Source: Desulfobacterales bacterium | GTDB lineage: Bacteria > Desulfobacterota > Desulfobacteria > Desulfobacterales > UBA5616 | Length of the DNA stretch: 32,168 nucleotides | Reading direction: 5' to 3' | Assembly (NCBI GenBank): GCA_046483495.1 | Contig: JAWODC010000052.1 | Location: 1 to 32,168, forward strand | In this document: piece after piece, positions 19,010-27,322 of the stretch | How the letters are laid out: the number at the start of each line of letters is the position of its first letter | Position numbering within the stretch: the first letter of the stretch is position 1 | Translations under genes and position numbers: made by a program | Notes under the pieces: generated by a model | Told to the model about the DNA's origin: nothing | Seen by the model: the letters and a program-made list of their open reading frames with translations, nothing else | Database searches by the model: none

Positions 19010-19458
19010 CTTAATCCCCCCCATCCCGGCCTTCCCCCTCCAGGGGTGAAGGGGACATGTTTCGCCGGTTGAATTTTTATCCAATGCCGACTTTTTCATT
19101 TAAGTCCCTTAAGCGGCTTCGCCGTACATTTCAAGTTCTGCGTCCGCTTCTCATCGAAATCGGGATCGGGATCGGGATCGTTTTTTTCTTTTTCGAATTT
19201 CGATACCGATACCGATCCCGACATCGAATGCTTCTCTTAAAATAGAACCGATCCGATGTAAAGGATGTCAAGCCGTGTAACTCGTGTTTAACCGATGAAA
19301 CCCGTTTTTTTGTTTCATCGGGGTCTAAAGATATTAAGCGGCGTGAAGCAGCCGCTTGAACCATATCGTTTAGAAAACGGGAAGTGGCATAACTTAGATA
19401 TTTCGCAGCATGTCCCCTTCACCACTGGAGGGGGAAGGCCGGGATGGGGGGGATTAAG
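19010..19458. mobile_element. MITE/REPIN-like non-autonomous element, copy 1 (449 bp, 50-bp terminal inverted repeats)
   Basis: 19010-19059 and 19409-19458 are inverted repeats matching at 49/50 nt. The first ~255 bp recur at 31904-32168. No transposase and no clear TSD, so mobility is inferred. Confidence 0.7.
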
Positions 19459-19502
19459 ACCCAATCCGATTTGTCTTTCATTCACGATTCACGATAAGAC
19501 CC

Positions 19503-20330
19503 TCAGGCATCGACGCCGGCGGCGGCGGACAGCGAAGCGCCGACTGCGGTCGCATATTGGGCATGAGCCGGAATAAAGAAAGTGATGCCGAATAAGTCCG
19601 AAAGTTCCTCGAAAATAGGTTTTGCGTGGGGCAGGGTCGCCAAACGGCCCGTGAGGATCACCGTATCATTGTGTGTCGCCTTTGCTGCTCCATTTGCCGT
19701 AACGGCGACGGTTTGGTAGACGAGATTGAAAATGGCAAGGGCCAGGTCGGCTTCGGTTGCATCGTCGCCGTATCTTCCGAAATTGGAGGCCGTAACCGAA
19801 TCGGCAAGGCCCGTGATTTTTGTCGATGAAATATCTCCGACCGTCAGATCGATCCGATTCAATTTGCCGCGCTTGGCTTTTTTGCTCAGTATGTCGATAT
19901 CGGTTATCCCGAGCATGTATTTCGATAATCCCACCAGTGTGCCGCCGCCGACCCCGGTGCCGCCCCAGTGCAAGATGGTTTCATGGTTCACTTCTACCAG
20001 AGCCGTGCCGGTACCCATACTGACGACAATGGCTTTTGGTATATCGGCAAGAAATGCGCCGCCACGGCCGATCGCCTCGAATTCGCCGACGTGCTGAACC
20101 GGGTGGCCGAACAGATTGTTTTTGATGCCGCCGGAACCTACACCTGTCAAGGCGATGCAATCGATGGATGACAGGTCCATCCTGTTTTCGGACAAGAATT
20201 TTCCAAGTGCACCGGCGCCCGAGGCAACCGGATCATCCGCCCGGACGGTTACCGGATGGATGATTTTTTTGCCGTTGTAGCCGATCACATTCGTGGTGGT
20301 TCCGCCGATATCGATTCCGATAATCATCAT
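19503..20330 (-). CDS. Type II (fumble/CoaW-like) pantothenate kinase
   Basis: IGIDIGGT, LTGVG, VGEFEA, VSMGTGT, GGTGVGGGTLVGL, DLTVGDI and ASNFG motifs. Start 20330 or 20357. Confidence 0.85.
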   Translation of the reverse strand: MMIIGIDIGGTTTNVIGYNGKKIIHPVTVRADDPVASGAGALGKFLSENRMDLSSIDCIALTGVGSGGIKNNLFGHPVQHVGEFEAIGRGGAFLADIPKAIVVSMGTGTALVEVNHETILHWGGTGVGGGTLVGLSKYMLGITDIDILSKKAKRGKLNRIDLTVGDISSTKITGLADSVTASNFGRYGDDATEADLALAIFNLVYQTVAVTANGAAKATHNDTVILTGRLATLPHAKPIFEELSDLFGITFFIPAHAQYATAVGASLSAAAGVDA

Positions 20331-20373
20331 AGCCGCATTTTCCCGGGTTTGCACCATGATATCTCAGTCGCCG

Positions 20374-21615
20374 TTAGGCAACGATGCCGGCTGCCTGCTG
20401 CTTTTTAAAGCCTTCGATCTCTTCGGGGGTATATCCAAGCTCTTCGAGAATTTTGTCCGTATGTTCACCGATAGCAGGGGAGCGGTAACGAATGCCGGCG
20501 GAAAAAGTGCTGAATTCAATCGGATATCCCGGCATTTTCATTTTTCCGAAACCCGGATGGTCGAATTCGATTACGTAATCATTGGCAATCGCCTGTGGGT
20601 CCTCCAGCACGGCCTTCATCTCCTGCACGGGACTGAACATCAGCCCGGCTTTGGTGAAGATGGATATCCATTCCGACTGCGTTTTTTGGGCCAATACACG
20701 GTCGAAATGTTCGACAAGTTCGGCATTGTGCGTGTTCCTGCTTTCTTCATCACGATAGCGCGGATCCTTCATCAGTGCCTGTTGGCCCGTCGCCTCACAA
20801 AAAGCCGGCCAGTATTTTTCTGTCGGGTGATGGGTGCAAATCACCCATTTGCCGTCCTTGCACCGATAGCTGTTTCTCAGTATATTGTTTCTCGAACGGA
20901 CCCACGTCAATTCCGAAACGTCAATACCGAAATTCGACAGCATGAGGTTGGCATAAGTGAGCCACAGCGCTGTTGAATAAAGGGAATTGTGGACTTCTTG
21001 TCCAATGCCGTACCGTTCGCGGGTATACAGGGCCGTCATGATGGCGTGGCTGGCGGTTATCGCTGTTGCCTGATCGAGAATGGCCAACTGGATCAGCTTG
21101 GGTTCATCGGCATCGGTGAGAAACATCATACCCGAACGCGCCTGTCCCAACGGATCGTAGGCGCCGGTATCGCTGACCGGTCCTCTCTTCCCGTATCCCG
21201 AAACCCCGGCATAAATGATCTTCGGATTGATTGCGCAGATGTGCTCGTAGTCGATTTTCATTTTGAGCTTGGTGGATTTTCTGAGGTTTGTCAAAAACAC
21301 ATCGGCTTTTTCGATGAGCCGATGGAAAATTCTGCGGCCGGCGGGTTTTTGAATATCCAGATAAATACTGCGTTTATTTCGATTGGAGAATTCAAACATG
21401 GGGCTCTTTCCGTGATCCACCCCGAATATAGCCGCACCGACCCTTGTCCAGTGGCGCAGCGGGTCGCCGATATTTTCTTCGATTTTGATAATGGAGGCCC
21501 CCAAATCACCGAGAATGGCGCCGGCGCCGGGTCCGGCATGGAAAACGCCGAATTCCACAACGAGAACATCTTTTAAGGGACCGGGCTTGTCGAGAACATC
21601 TGTTGCGTTTTTCAT
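20374..21615 (-). CDS. Family III CoA transferase (CaiB/BaiF)
   Basis: AGPGAGAILGDLGA, NRNKRSI, ADVFLTNLR, SGYG..GP, catalytic Asp in ILDQ, and PAIGEHT. Start taken at ATG 21615. Confidence 0.93.
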   Translation of the reverse strand: MKNATDVLDKPGPLKDVLVVEFGVFHAGPGAGAILGDLGASIIKIEENIGDPLRHWTRVGAAIFGVDHGKSPMFEFSNRNKRSIYLDIQKPAGRRIFHRLIEKADVFLTNLRKSTKLKMKIDYEHICAINPKIIYAGVSGYGKRGPVSDTGAYDPLGQARSGMMFLTDADEPKLIQLAILDQATAITASHAIMTALYTRERYGIGQEVHNSLYSTALWLTYANLMLSNFGIDVSELTWVRSRNNILRNSYRCKDGKWVICTHHPTEKYWPAFCEATGQQALMKDPRYRDEESRNTHNAELVEHFDRVLAQKTQSEWISIFTKAGLMFSPVQEMKAVLEDPQAIANDYVIEFDHPGFGKMKMPGYPIEFSTFSAGIRYRSPAIGEHTDKILEELGYTPEEIEGFKKQQAAGIVA

Positions 21616-21683
21616 CTGCGCATCTTTTTTAAGTTCGGAATACTGTATGCTGCTGAATCTGCTCCTGAAAAACAATTGAATTC

Positions 21684-21712
21684 ATGATACCATTAAGTTG
21701 CGCTGAAATCAA
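21684..21712 (-). promoter_or_regulatory. Sigma-70 promoter for the CoA transferase-panK pair
   Basis: Minus strand TTGATT-17 nt-TATCAT with an extended TG. Confidence 0.55.
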
Positions 21713-21771
21713 ATGCTTAACCCGGCATTGAATCCTTTCGGTTGAAAGCCTTTGCCTGCGGCTTCTCGGGG

Positions 21772-22269
21772 CTAAGGACAGGTGCCCGGCACCGAACCCG
21801 CCGGGTGTTTATCGAGAATCCCCCTTGTCGTTATGCTGACGGCATAGGTCCCCTCGGCCGGATTGAGAATCTCCATGTTGTCCACGTTGGTTTTATCCAC
21901 ATCGAGTTTCACATTCTGCCGAATGAATAGGGTATCCCCCCCGGCAACTTCGAATTCGATTGACTTGGAATTATATTCGCCTTGAGTGATGATGCGGTGC
22001 TCTCCCGGAGTGACCTGGAAATAAAGATGCTCCCTACCCGTCGTAAAGCCGATCCTGTTGGCACCCCTCTTCTCATCGAGGTACACGTAAAAGCGACTGA
22101 AGAGATCCACCTCGGACGGCCGGACGATATACACCATGGCACATCCCTTGTCCGGTTTTGCAGGCAGTTCATAATCGCTGAGATTTTCGGAATTCGACAT
22201 TTCCGGAAGTGCCGAGGCGCCTGCCGGGATCGTCAGCATCAATACGATTGCCAACCATTTCTTTATCAT
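21772..22269 (-). CDS. Exported protein, DUF2846-like
   Basis: Signal peptide (MIKKWLAIVLMLTIPAGASA); AMVYIVRPS, VYLD and VTPGEHRI beta-rich pattern; AGGAGG RBS. Confidence 0.7.
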   Translation of the reverse strand: MIKKWLAIVLMLTIPAGASALPEMSNSENLSDYELPAKPDKGCAMVYIVRPSEVDLFSRFYVYLDEKRGANRIGFTTGREHLYFQVTPGEHRIITQGEYNSKSIEFEVAGGDTLFIRQNVKLDVDKTNVDNMEILNPAEGTYAVSITTRGILDKHPAGSVPGTCP

Positions 22270-22585
22270 GATGTCCTCCTAAGCTGGAATTGGATTCAAC
22301 CGGGCTCTTATTTTGTGAACCTTTAAATGGGTTGATTTTTAAGCTCCCTGAAGATATAAAAAAAATCAAGGTTGTCGATACACCCTCCGATCGATGTCCG
22401 GGATTGCAATGCCGAACCCGGACAAAATGCCGGAACCCCGGCCGAGTTGTTCGGGTCATACAGTGATGCCGCCTGTCACATAAACCGTAAGCTAATGATT
22501 TTTTCTGTCAATAGGCGGACGGCCGCAAATCCGACGTGTGGTGCAATTTAACCTGACCCACGACAACATATACAGGAGAGACAGT

Positions 22586-23473
22586 ATGGCGAAAATGAAT
22601 GAATTGCTGAATTGCAGGTATCCGGTCGTTTTGGGTGCCATGGGAAACATCTGTAATCCGGAACTGGTGGCGGCGGTTTCCGAAGCAGGGGGATTGGGGC
22701 TTTTAGCCACGGCCTTTGCGCCTGATCCTGAATTTGTCAGGTCGCAAATCAAGGAAACACAATCGTTAACGGAAAAGCCGTTCGGCGCCAATCTGCAGGT
22801 CATGAGCCCCCATACACCCAAAATAGCCGAGATTCTCGCCGAGGAAGGCGTAACGATTGCAACCATTTCCGGGGGATCACCCAAAGACCTGATACCGTTT
22901 TTGCACGATCGGGGCATAAAAGCGCTCGTGGTCGTCCCCACGGTAAAGATAGCAAAAGGCGCCGAAGCTATGGGTGCCGATGCCGTCATTGCCGAGGGAT
23001 CGGAGTCCGGCGGGATCCAGGGATTCAACGGGGTGTCGACCATGGTACTGGTTCCGGCCGTTGTCGATGCCGTAAACATTCCGGTAATAGCCGCAGGCGG
23101 CATTGCCGATTCCCGCGGCTACCGGGCGGCTTTGGCGCTCGGCGCCCGGGGCGTCCAGGTGGGGACCCGTTTTATTGCCTCGTATGAGTGCATTGCACAT
23201 CTGAATTACAAAAACACGCTGATCGAATTTGAAGACACCGGAACATGCCTGATCAATGTGGGTCCGTTCCAGATACGGGCGCTTCGAACGCTTTTGGCCG
23301 AAAAAATACTTCATGGCGAGGCCGAGTCCCGATTCGGGTTCGGAGGGGCATCGATCGAAGAATCATGGATCAAGGGTGATCTCGATGCAGGTGTTTTGCC
23401 GGCGGGACAGTGCGCCGGACTGATCCACCGCATTCTTCCGGCCAAACAAATCATCGAAGAAATGGTCGCGTAG
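22586..23473 (+). CDS. FabK/nitronate monooxygenase-family FMN protein
   Basis: YPVVLGAM, AAVSEAGGLG, KPFGANL, IPVIAAGGIAD, GVQVGTRF and AGQCAGLI motifs. ATG 22586 follows AGGAG. Confidence 0.9.
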   Translation: MAKMNELLNCRYPVVLGAMGNICNPELVAAVSEAGGLGLLATAFAPDPEFVRSQIKETQSLTEKPFGANLQVMSPHTPKIAEILAEEGVTIATISGGSPKDLIPFLHDRGIKALVVVPTVKIAKGAEAMGADAVIAEGSESGGIQGFNGVSTMVLVPAVVDAVNIPVIAAGGIADSRGYRAALALGARGVQVGTRFIASYECIAHLNYKNTLIEFEDTGTCLINVGPFQIRALRTLLAEKILHGEAESRFGFGGASIEESWIKGDLDAGVLPAGQCAGLIHRILPAKQIIEEMVA

Positions 23474-23546
23474 CGCCCATGCGGCTTTCGGAGCGGGCCG
23501 GCACCATGGAAGTGCGATGAATCCGAATTTTATCCGGAAGTGTGCA

Positions 23547-24956
23547 TCACGCCGGCGGCTGTAGAGGGATTTCCCATTTTTTCATGTATTTCCATATGGC
23601 CGTTCTGCTGAGGCCCACTCTTCTGCCGACCTCTGCCTTGTTCCAATCGCATTCCGTCAGAAGGTTGGTGAGCATTTCCCGGGACAGGTTTTTGCCGATT
23701 CGCCTATGAAGTTTGCCCGGGTAGGTCGACGTTCGGCCGGTGTTGAAGGGACCGTCGATTTGGCGGATTTCGATGGGCAGATCTTCATGTTCGATGTGGT
23801 CTTTGGTGCATAGAACGAACGCATGTTCAATCGCATTTTCCAGTTCACGGACGTTTCCCGGCCATGCGTAATCCATTAGCTTGCGCATGGCGATTTCGGA
23901 CAAGCCCTTGATCCGATTACCGGTTTTCCGATTGTTCACCTCGATGAAATGCTCGGCAAGCAGGGGAATGTCTTCTTTCCGTTCACGAAGTGACGGCAGG
24001 TGAATGGGAAAGACCTTCAGTCGATAATACAGGTCTTCACGAAATTGGCCGGAGCGCAACAGGGCGGTGATATCCTTATTGGTGGCCGTAATGATCCGGA
24101 TATCGATCTTTCTTCCTTTGGAATCGCCGACCCGCTCGATCTGCCGCTCCTGCAGAACGCGTAGAAGCTTGACCTGGATAAAAGGGCTCAGTTCTCCGAT
24201 CTCATCTAAAAAAAGTGTTCCTCCCCGGGCCTGTTCAAAACGGCCGATGCGGTCCCGCACAGCACCGGTATAAGCTCCTTTAACATGGCCGAACAGTTCG
24301 CTTTCAAGGAGCGTCTCCGGGAGGGCACTGCAATTGACAGTCACCAACGGCCCTCCCTTCCGGAGGCTGTTGTAGTGAATGGCGCTGGCAATCAGCTCTT
24401 TTCCGGTGCCGCTTTCCCCCAGGATTAAGATCGTTGCATCGCTGGCCGCCGCCACTCGAATCGATTCAAAAACATGCTGCATGGCATCGCTTTTACCGAT
24501 GATATTGTCCATGCGGTAAACCTCGCCGAGTCGAAGCGCAATGTCTTCGGCACGCTGCAGCGCCCGCTTCAGTTCCGTTAAATCCGTTACGGTTTCGACG
24601 ACACCGATGATGGTGTTGGCGTCGTCCCTGACAGCGCTTACATTTTTGATGACCGGAATATCGTAGCCGTCTTTATGCCGCAACAGGCATTCTTTGGCTT
24701 CGGATGATCCATGTTCGAATATTTTGCAGTTTTTGATGCCGTCCGGGCAATCCCGGCCGAAACAGTTGCTGCACTGCAGCAGTTGGCAGGTTCGGCCCAA
24801 GGCCTCATCGGCGGTGAAGCCGCTGATGCGTTCCATTGAGCGGTTCCAATGGGAAATCCTGCCGTCCGGATCCATGGTGAAAACCCCTTCAGTCATGGAA
24901 TCGATAATATGATTTGCCAATTGAGCGTCTAATATCCTGCTGTTTTTGGTTCTCAT
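23547..24956 (-). CDS. Sigma-54-dependent transcriptional activator with a Cys-rich PAS domain
   Basis: N-terminal PAS; Walker A GESGTGKE; ESELFGHVKGAYTGA; Walker B LFLDEIGE; FREDLYYRL; WPGNVRELEN; C-terminal Fis-type HTH. Confidence 0.95.
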   Translation of the reverse strand: MRTKNSRILDAQLANHIIDSMTEGVFTMDPDGRISHWNRSMERISGFTADEALGRTCQLLQCSNCFGRDCPDGIKNCKIFEHGSSEAKECLLRHKDGYDIPVIKNVSAVRDDANTIIGVVETVTDLTELKRALQRAEDIALRLGEVYRMDNIIGKSDAMQHVFESIRVAAASDATILILGESGTGKELIASAIHYNSLRKGGPLVTVNCSALPETLLESELFGHVKGAYTGAVRDRIGRFEQARGGTLFLDEIGELSPFIQVKLLRVLQERQIERVGDSKGRKIDIRIITATNKDITALLRSGQFREDLYYRLKVFPIHLPSLRERKEDIPLLAEHFIEVNNRKTGNRIKGLSEIAMRKLMDYAWPGNVRELENAIEHAFVLCTKDHIEHEDLPIEIRQIDGPFNTGRTSTYPGKLHRRIGKNLSREMLTNLLTECDWNKAEVGRRVGLSRTAIWKYMKKWEIPLQPPA

Positions 24957-25109
24957 GCATTTCTCCGTGGCTATTGAGCGTTACTTAAAGGTACGTTACG
25001 TTACTACCGCTACTATATGTCCGTTACTTTGTCAATGAAAACCCGGGAAACGATTGGAATGTGCCGCCATAAAGCCCGAACGGGGTTAATATACCATCCG
25101 GTACTGCGG

Positions 25110-25125
25110 TGGCACGTGGTTTGCA
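25110..25125 (+). promoter_or_regulatory. Sigma-54 (-24/-12) promoter
   Basis: TGGCACG-TGGT-TTGCA matches the consensus TGGCACG-N4-TTGC exactly and is divergent from the activator gene. Confidence 0.88.
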
Positions 25126-25337
25126 GACTTGCATGAGCCAGGAAAATAAATGCCATATTTTCCTCCATATCCTAGTAATAGGATACGTTAATATTCCTCT
25201 CCTTATTCATCGACCCCGGGTATTTCCCGGGGTCGATTTGAATGAGGGGGTGAAAGCAAAGCTTGTCTGTTGTTTCGACGACATCGCGCTGACAGCGCAT
25301 TGGACCAGACCGTTCAACTATTGTGGAGGAGGTGCAA

Positions 25338-25868
25338 ATGTATAAACCAGTGTCTCGCTTTTTACTGCATGGGCTCGGATTCATTGTGGTTACTGCAATC
25401 GTGTTTACCTTGACAAATGGTGTTTCAGGGGAGCAAAATACTATTTTTGGTCCGGGGCCTGATCAATGCCCGGCGCCTGATAAATGCGGTGCCTGTCACA
25501 TCAACCAGCGCGCGTATGATGAATTGACGCAGTCCGTCCATGCGGATCTCAGCTGTTTCGATTGCCATCTGCCGGGACTGGTTCAAAAAACCAAATACGA
25601 GAGAAAGGATCGCAGCTTCAACCGCCTGGGGTACCACATCGAGGAAGAAAAGTGGCATGAATCGATGGGTAACGATATCTGCCTCAGATGCCATGACAAC
25701 CGAGTGCCCGAGAGCGCATCTGAAAAGCAGTGCTGGACATGCCACATGCCGGTCACCGGCGTCGACGAGATTGTTTTTGTAAAAGACAAAAAGGAACCGC
25801 CGACGGAAGAAAATATCCGGGAAATCAAAAAAATGCCGCATCGATCCCACTATTTTGAATTTCATTAG
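25338..25868 (+). CDS. Tetraheme cytochrome c, NapC/NrfH-like
   Basis: Four CxxCH motifs (CGACH, CFDCH, CLRCH, CWTCH), an N-terminal hydrophobic segment, and S-x-H before heme 2 as in NapC/NrfH. ATG 25338 follows GGAGG. Confidence 0.85.
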   Translation: MYKPVSRFLLHGLGFIVVTAIVFTLTNGVSGEQNTIFGPGPDQCPAPDKCGACHINQRAYDELTQSVHADLSCFDCHLPGLVQKTKYERKDRSFNRLGYHIEEEKWHESMGNDICLRCHDNRVPESASEKQCWTCHMPVTGVDEIVFVKDKKEPPTEENIREIKKMPHRSHYFEFH

Positions 25869-25933
25869 AAGTGGTTTCAAAACAGAAAAAAAACGACAAC
25901 CTTAAATCCAATGATGGGAGATCGGGAACAGAA

Positions 25934-27298
25934 ATGGAGAATGTAAATGTATTGGTAATCGGCGGCAGTGCATCCGGCATTGTAGCCGCCACCACGGCGA
26001 AGTCCTTTTACCCGGATAAATCCGTTATGATTGTCCGGAAGGAAGAGGATGTAATGGTGCCCTGTGGCATTCCATATGTATTCGGCACTCTGGAAAACAG
26101 CGGTCAGAACCTGATGATGCCGGGTCCTGCCCTGGCCAACGCCGGGGTCATTCTGAAACAAGCGGAAATCATCGCTGTCGATACCGGCAAAAAGGTCTGC
26201 AAAACCGCTGATGGAGAGGAAATCGGGTATGAAAAGTTAGTGATTGCCACAGGCTCCACCCCGATTCGGCCGGCCTGGTTGAAAGGGGCCGGCCTGGAAA
26301 ATGTCTTCACGATACCGAAGGATAAAATATACCTGGATTATTTCAACGACTGCCTGAACGGCTTTGAAAAACTGGTGGTCATCGGGGGTGGATTTATCGG
26401 TGTTGAAATGGCGGATGAATGCTGCAAAAACGGAAAAGAGGTCACCCTGGTGGAGATGATGCCCAATGTATTGAGCCTTGCGTTCGATCCGGAATTCGCC
26501 GTTCAGGCCGAGGAGGTTCTAAAGAGCCGCGGCGTCACACTGAAGACCGGCATCAGCGTCAAAGAAATCAACGGGAACAAAACCGTAACCGGTGTTACAT
26601 TGAGCAACGGGGAAACGGTTCCGGCGGACGCTGTTATCCTGTCCATCGGCTACCACCCTAATTCCGCTCTGGCGGAACAGTCGGGATTGGAAGTCAACAA
26701 AATGGGATTTATTCGTGTCAATGAATACATGCGCACCGATGATCCGGATATTTTGGCTGTCGGCGACTGCGCTGCAAAGAGCAGTTTTGTAACGCGGACC
26801 CCCAAACCGACCATGCTGGCATCCACGGCCTGTGCGGAAGCCCGCATTGCCGCCATGAATCTGTACAAGCTGTCCATCGTACGGGTTTTCGGAGGCACCA
26901 TTTCAATCTTTTGTACGGCCCTCGGAGACCACGGTTTCGGTGTGGCGGGTGCGACGGAGACACTGGCGAACCAGCGGGGGTTGGATGTGATGACCGCAAC
27001 CTTCGAAGGAGTCGATAGGCATCCGGCTACATTGCCGGATACCCACAAGCAAATCATCAAACTGATCGCATCCAAGGAATCGGGCATTATCTTGGGAGGC
27101 GGTGTAATGGGAGGAAAATCCGTTGGTGAACTGACCAATCTCATCGGGTTTATCATCCAGAATCGCATGACGGTGGATGCCCTGCTGACATCGCAAATCG
27201 GGACCCACCCGCTTCTTACCGGTTCTCCAACGGCGTATCCGCTGATAAAGGCGGCGGAAATGATCGCCAAAAAACGCTGGGAGAACGGATCGAGATAA
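25934..27298 (+). CDS. FAD-dependent CoA-disulfide reductase / NADH oxidase family protein
   Basis: IGGSASG (FAD), single redox Cys in PCGIPY, ATGS, IGGGFIGVE (NAD, followed by VE), AVGDCA and a C-terminal dimerisation domain. Confidence 0.9.
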   Translation: MENVNVLVIGGSASGIVAATTAKSFYPDKSVMIVRKEEDVMVPCGIPYVFGTLENSGQNLMMPGPALANAGVILKQAEIIAVDTGKKVCKTADGEEIGYEKLVIATGSTPIRPAWLKGAGLENVFTIPKDKIYLDYFNDCLNGFEKLVVIGGGFIGVEMADECCKNGKEVTLVEMMPNVLSLAFDPEFAVQAEEVLKSRGVTLKTGISVKEINGNKTVTGVTLSNGETVPADAVILSIGYHPNSALAEQSGLEVNKMGFIRVNEYMRTDDPDILAVGDCAAKSSFVTRTPKPTMLASTACAEARIAAMNLYKLSIVRVFGGTISIFCTALGDHGFGVAGATETLANQRGLDVMTATFEGVDRHPATLPDTHKQIIKLIASKESGIILGGGVMGGKSVGELTNLIGFIIQNRMTVDALLTSQIGTHPLLTGSPTAYPLIKAAEMIAKKRWENGSR

Positions 27299-27322
27299 CG
27301 TCAGGCAGGCGGTACGTGAAAA

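Noticed and set aside
19011..19457. TTAA at both ends as a target-site duplication
   Set aside because: TTAA is palindromic and lies inside the inverted repeat, which extends beyond it, so it is not independent evidence of a TSD.
24262..24279. GAYTGA instead of GAFTGA as a sign of a sigma-54-independent activator
   Set aside because: Phe-to-Tyr is a conservative natural variant, and a consensus sigma-54 promoter lies directly opposite.
25109..25345. 78-aa ORF upstream of the cytochrome
   Set aside because: Its start lies within the sigma-54 promoter itself; no RBS or recognisable motif.
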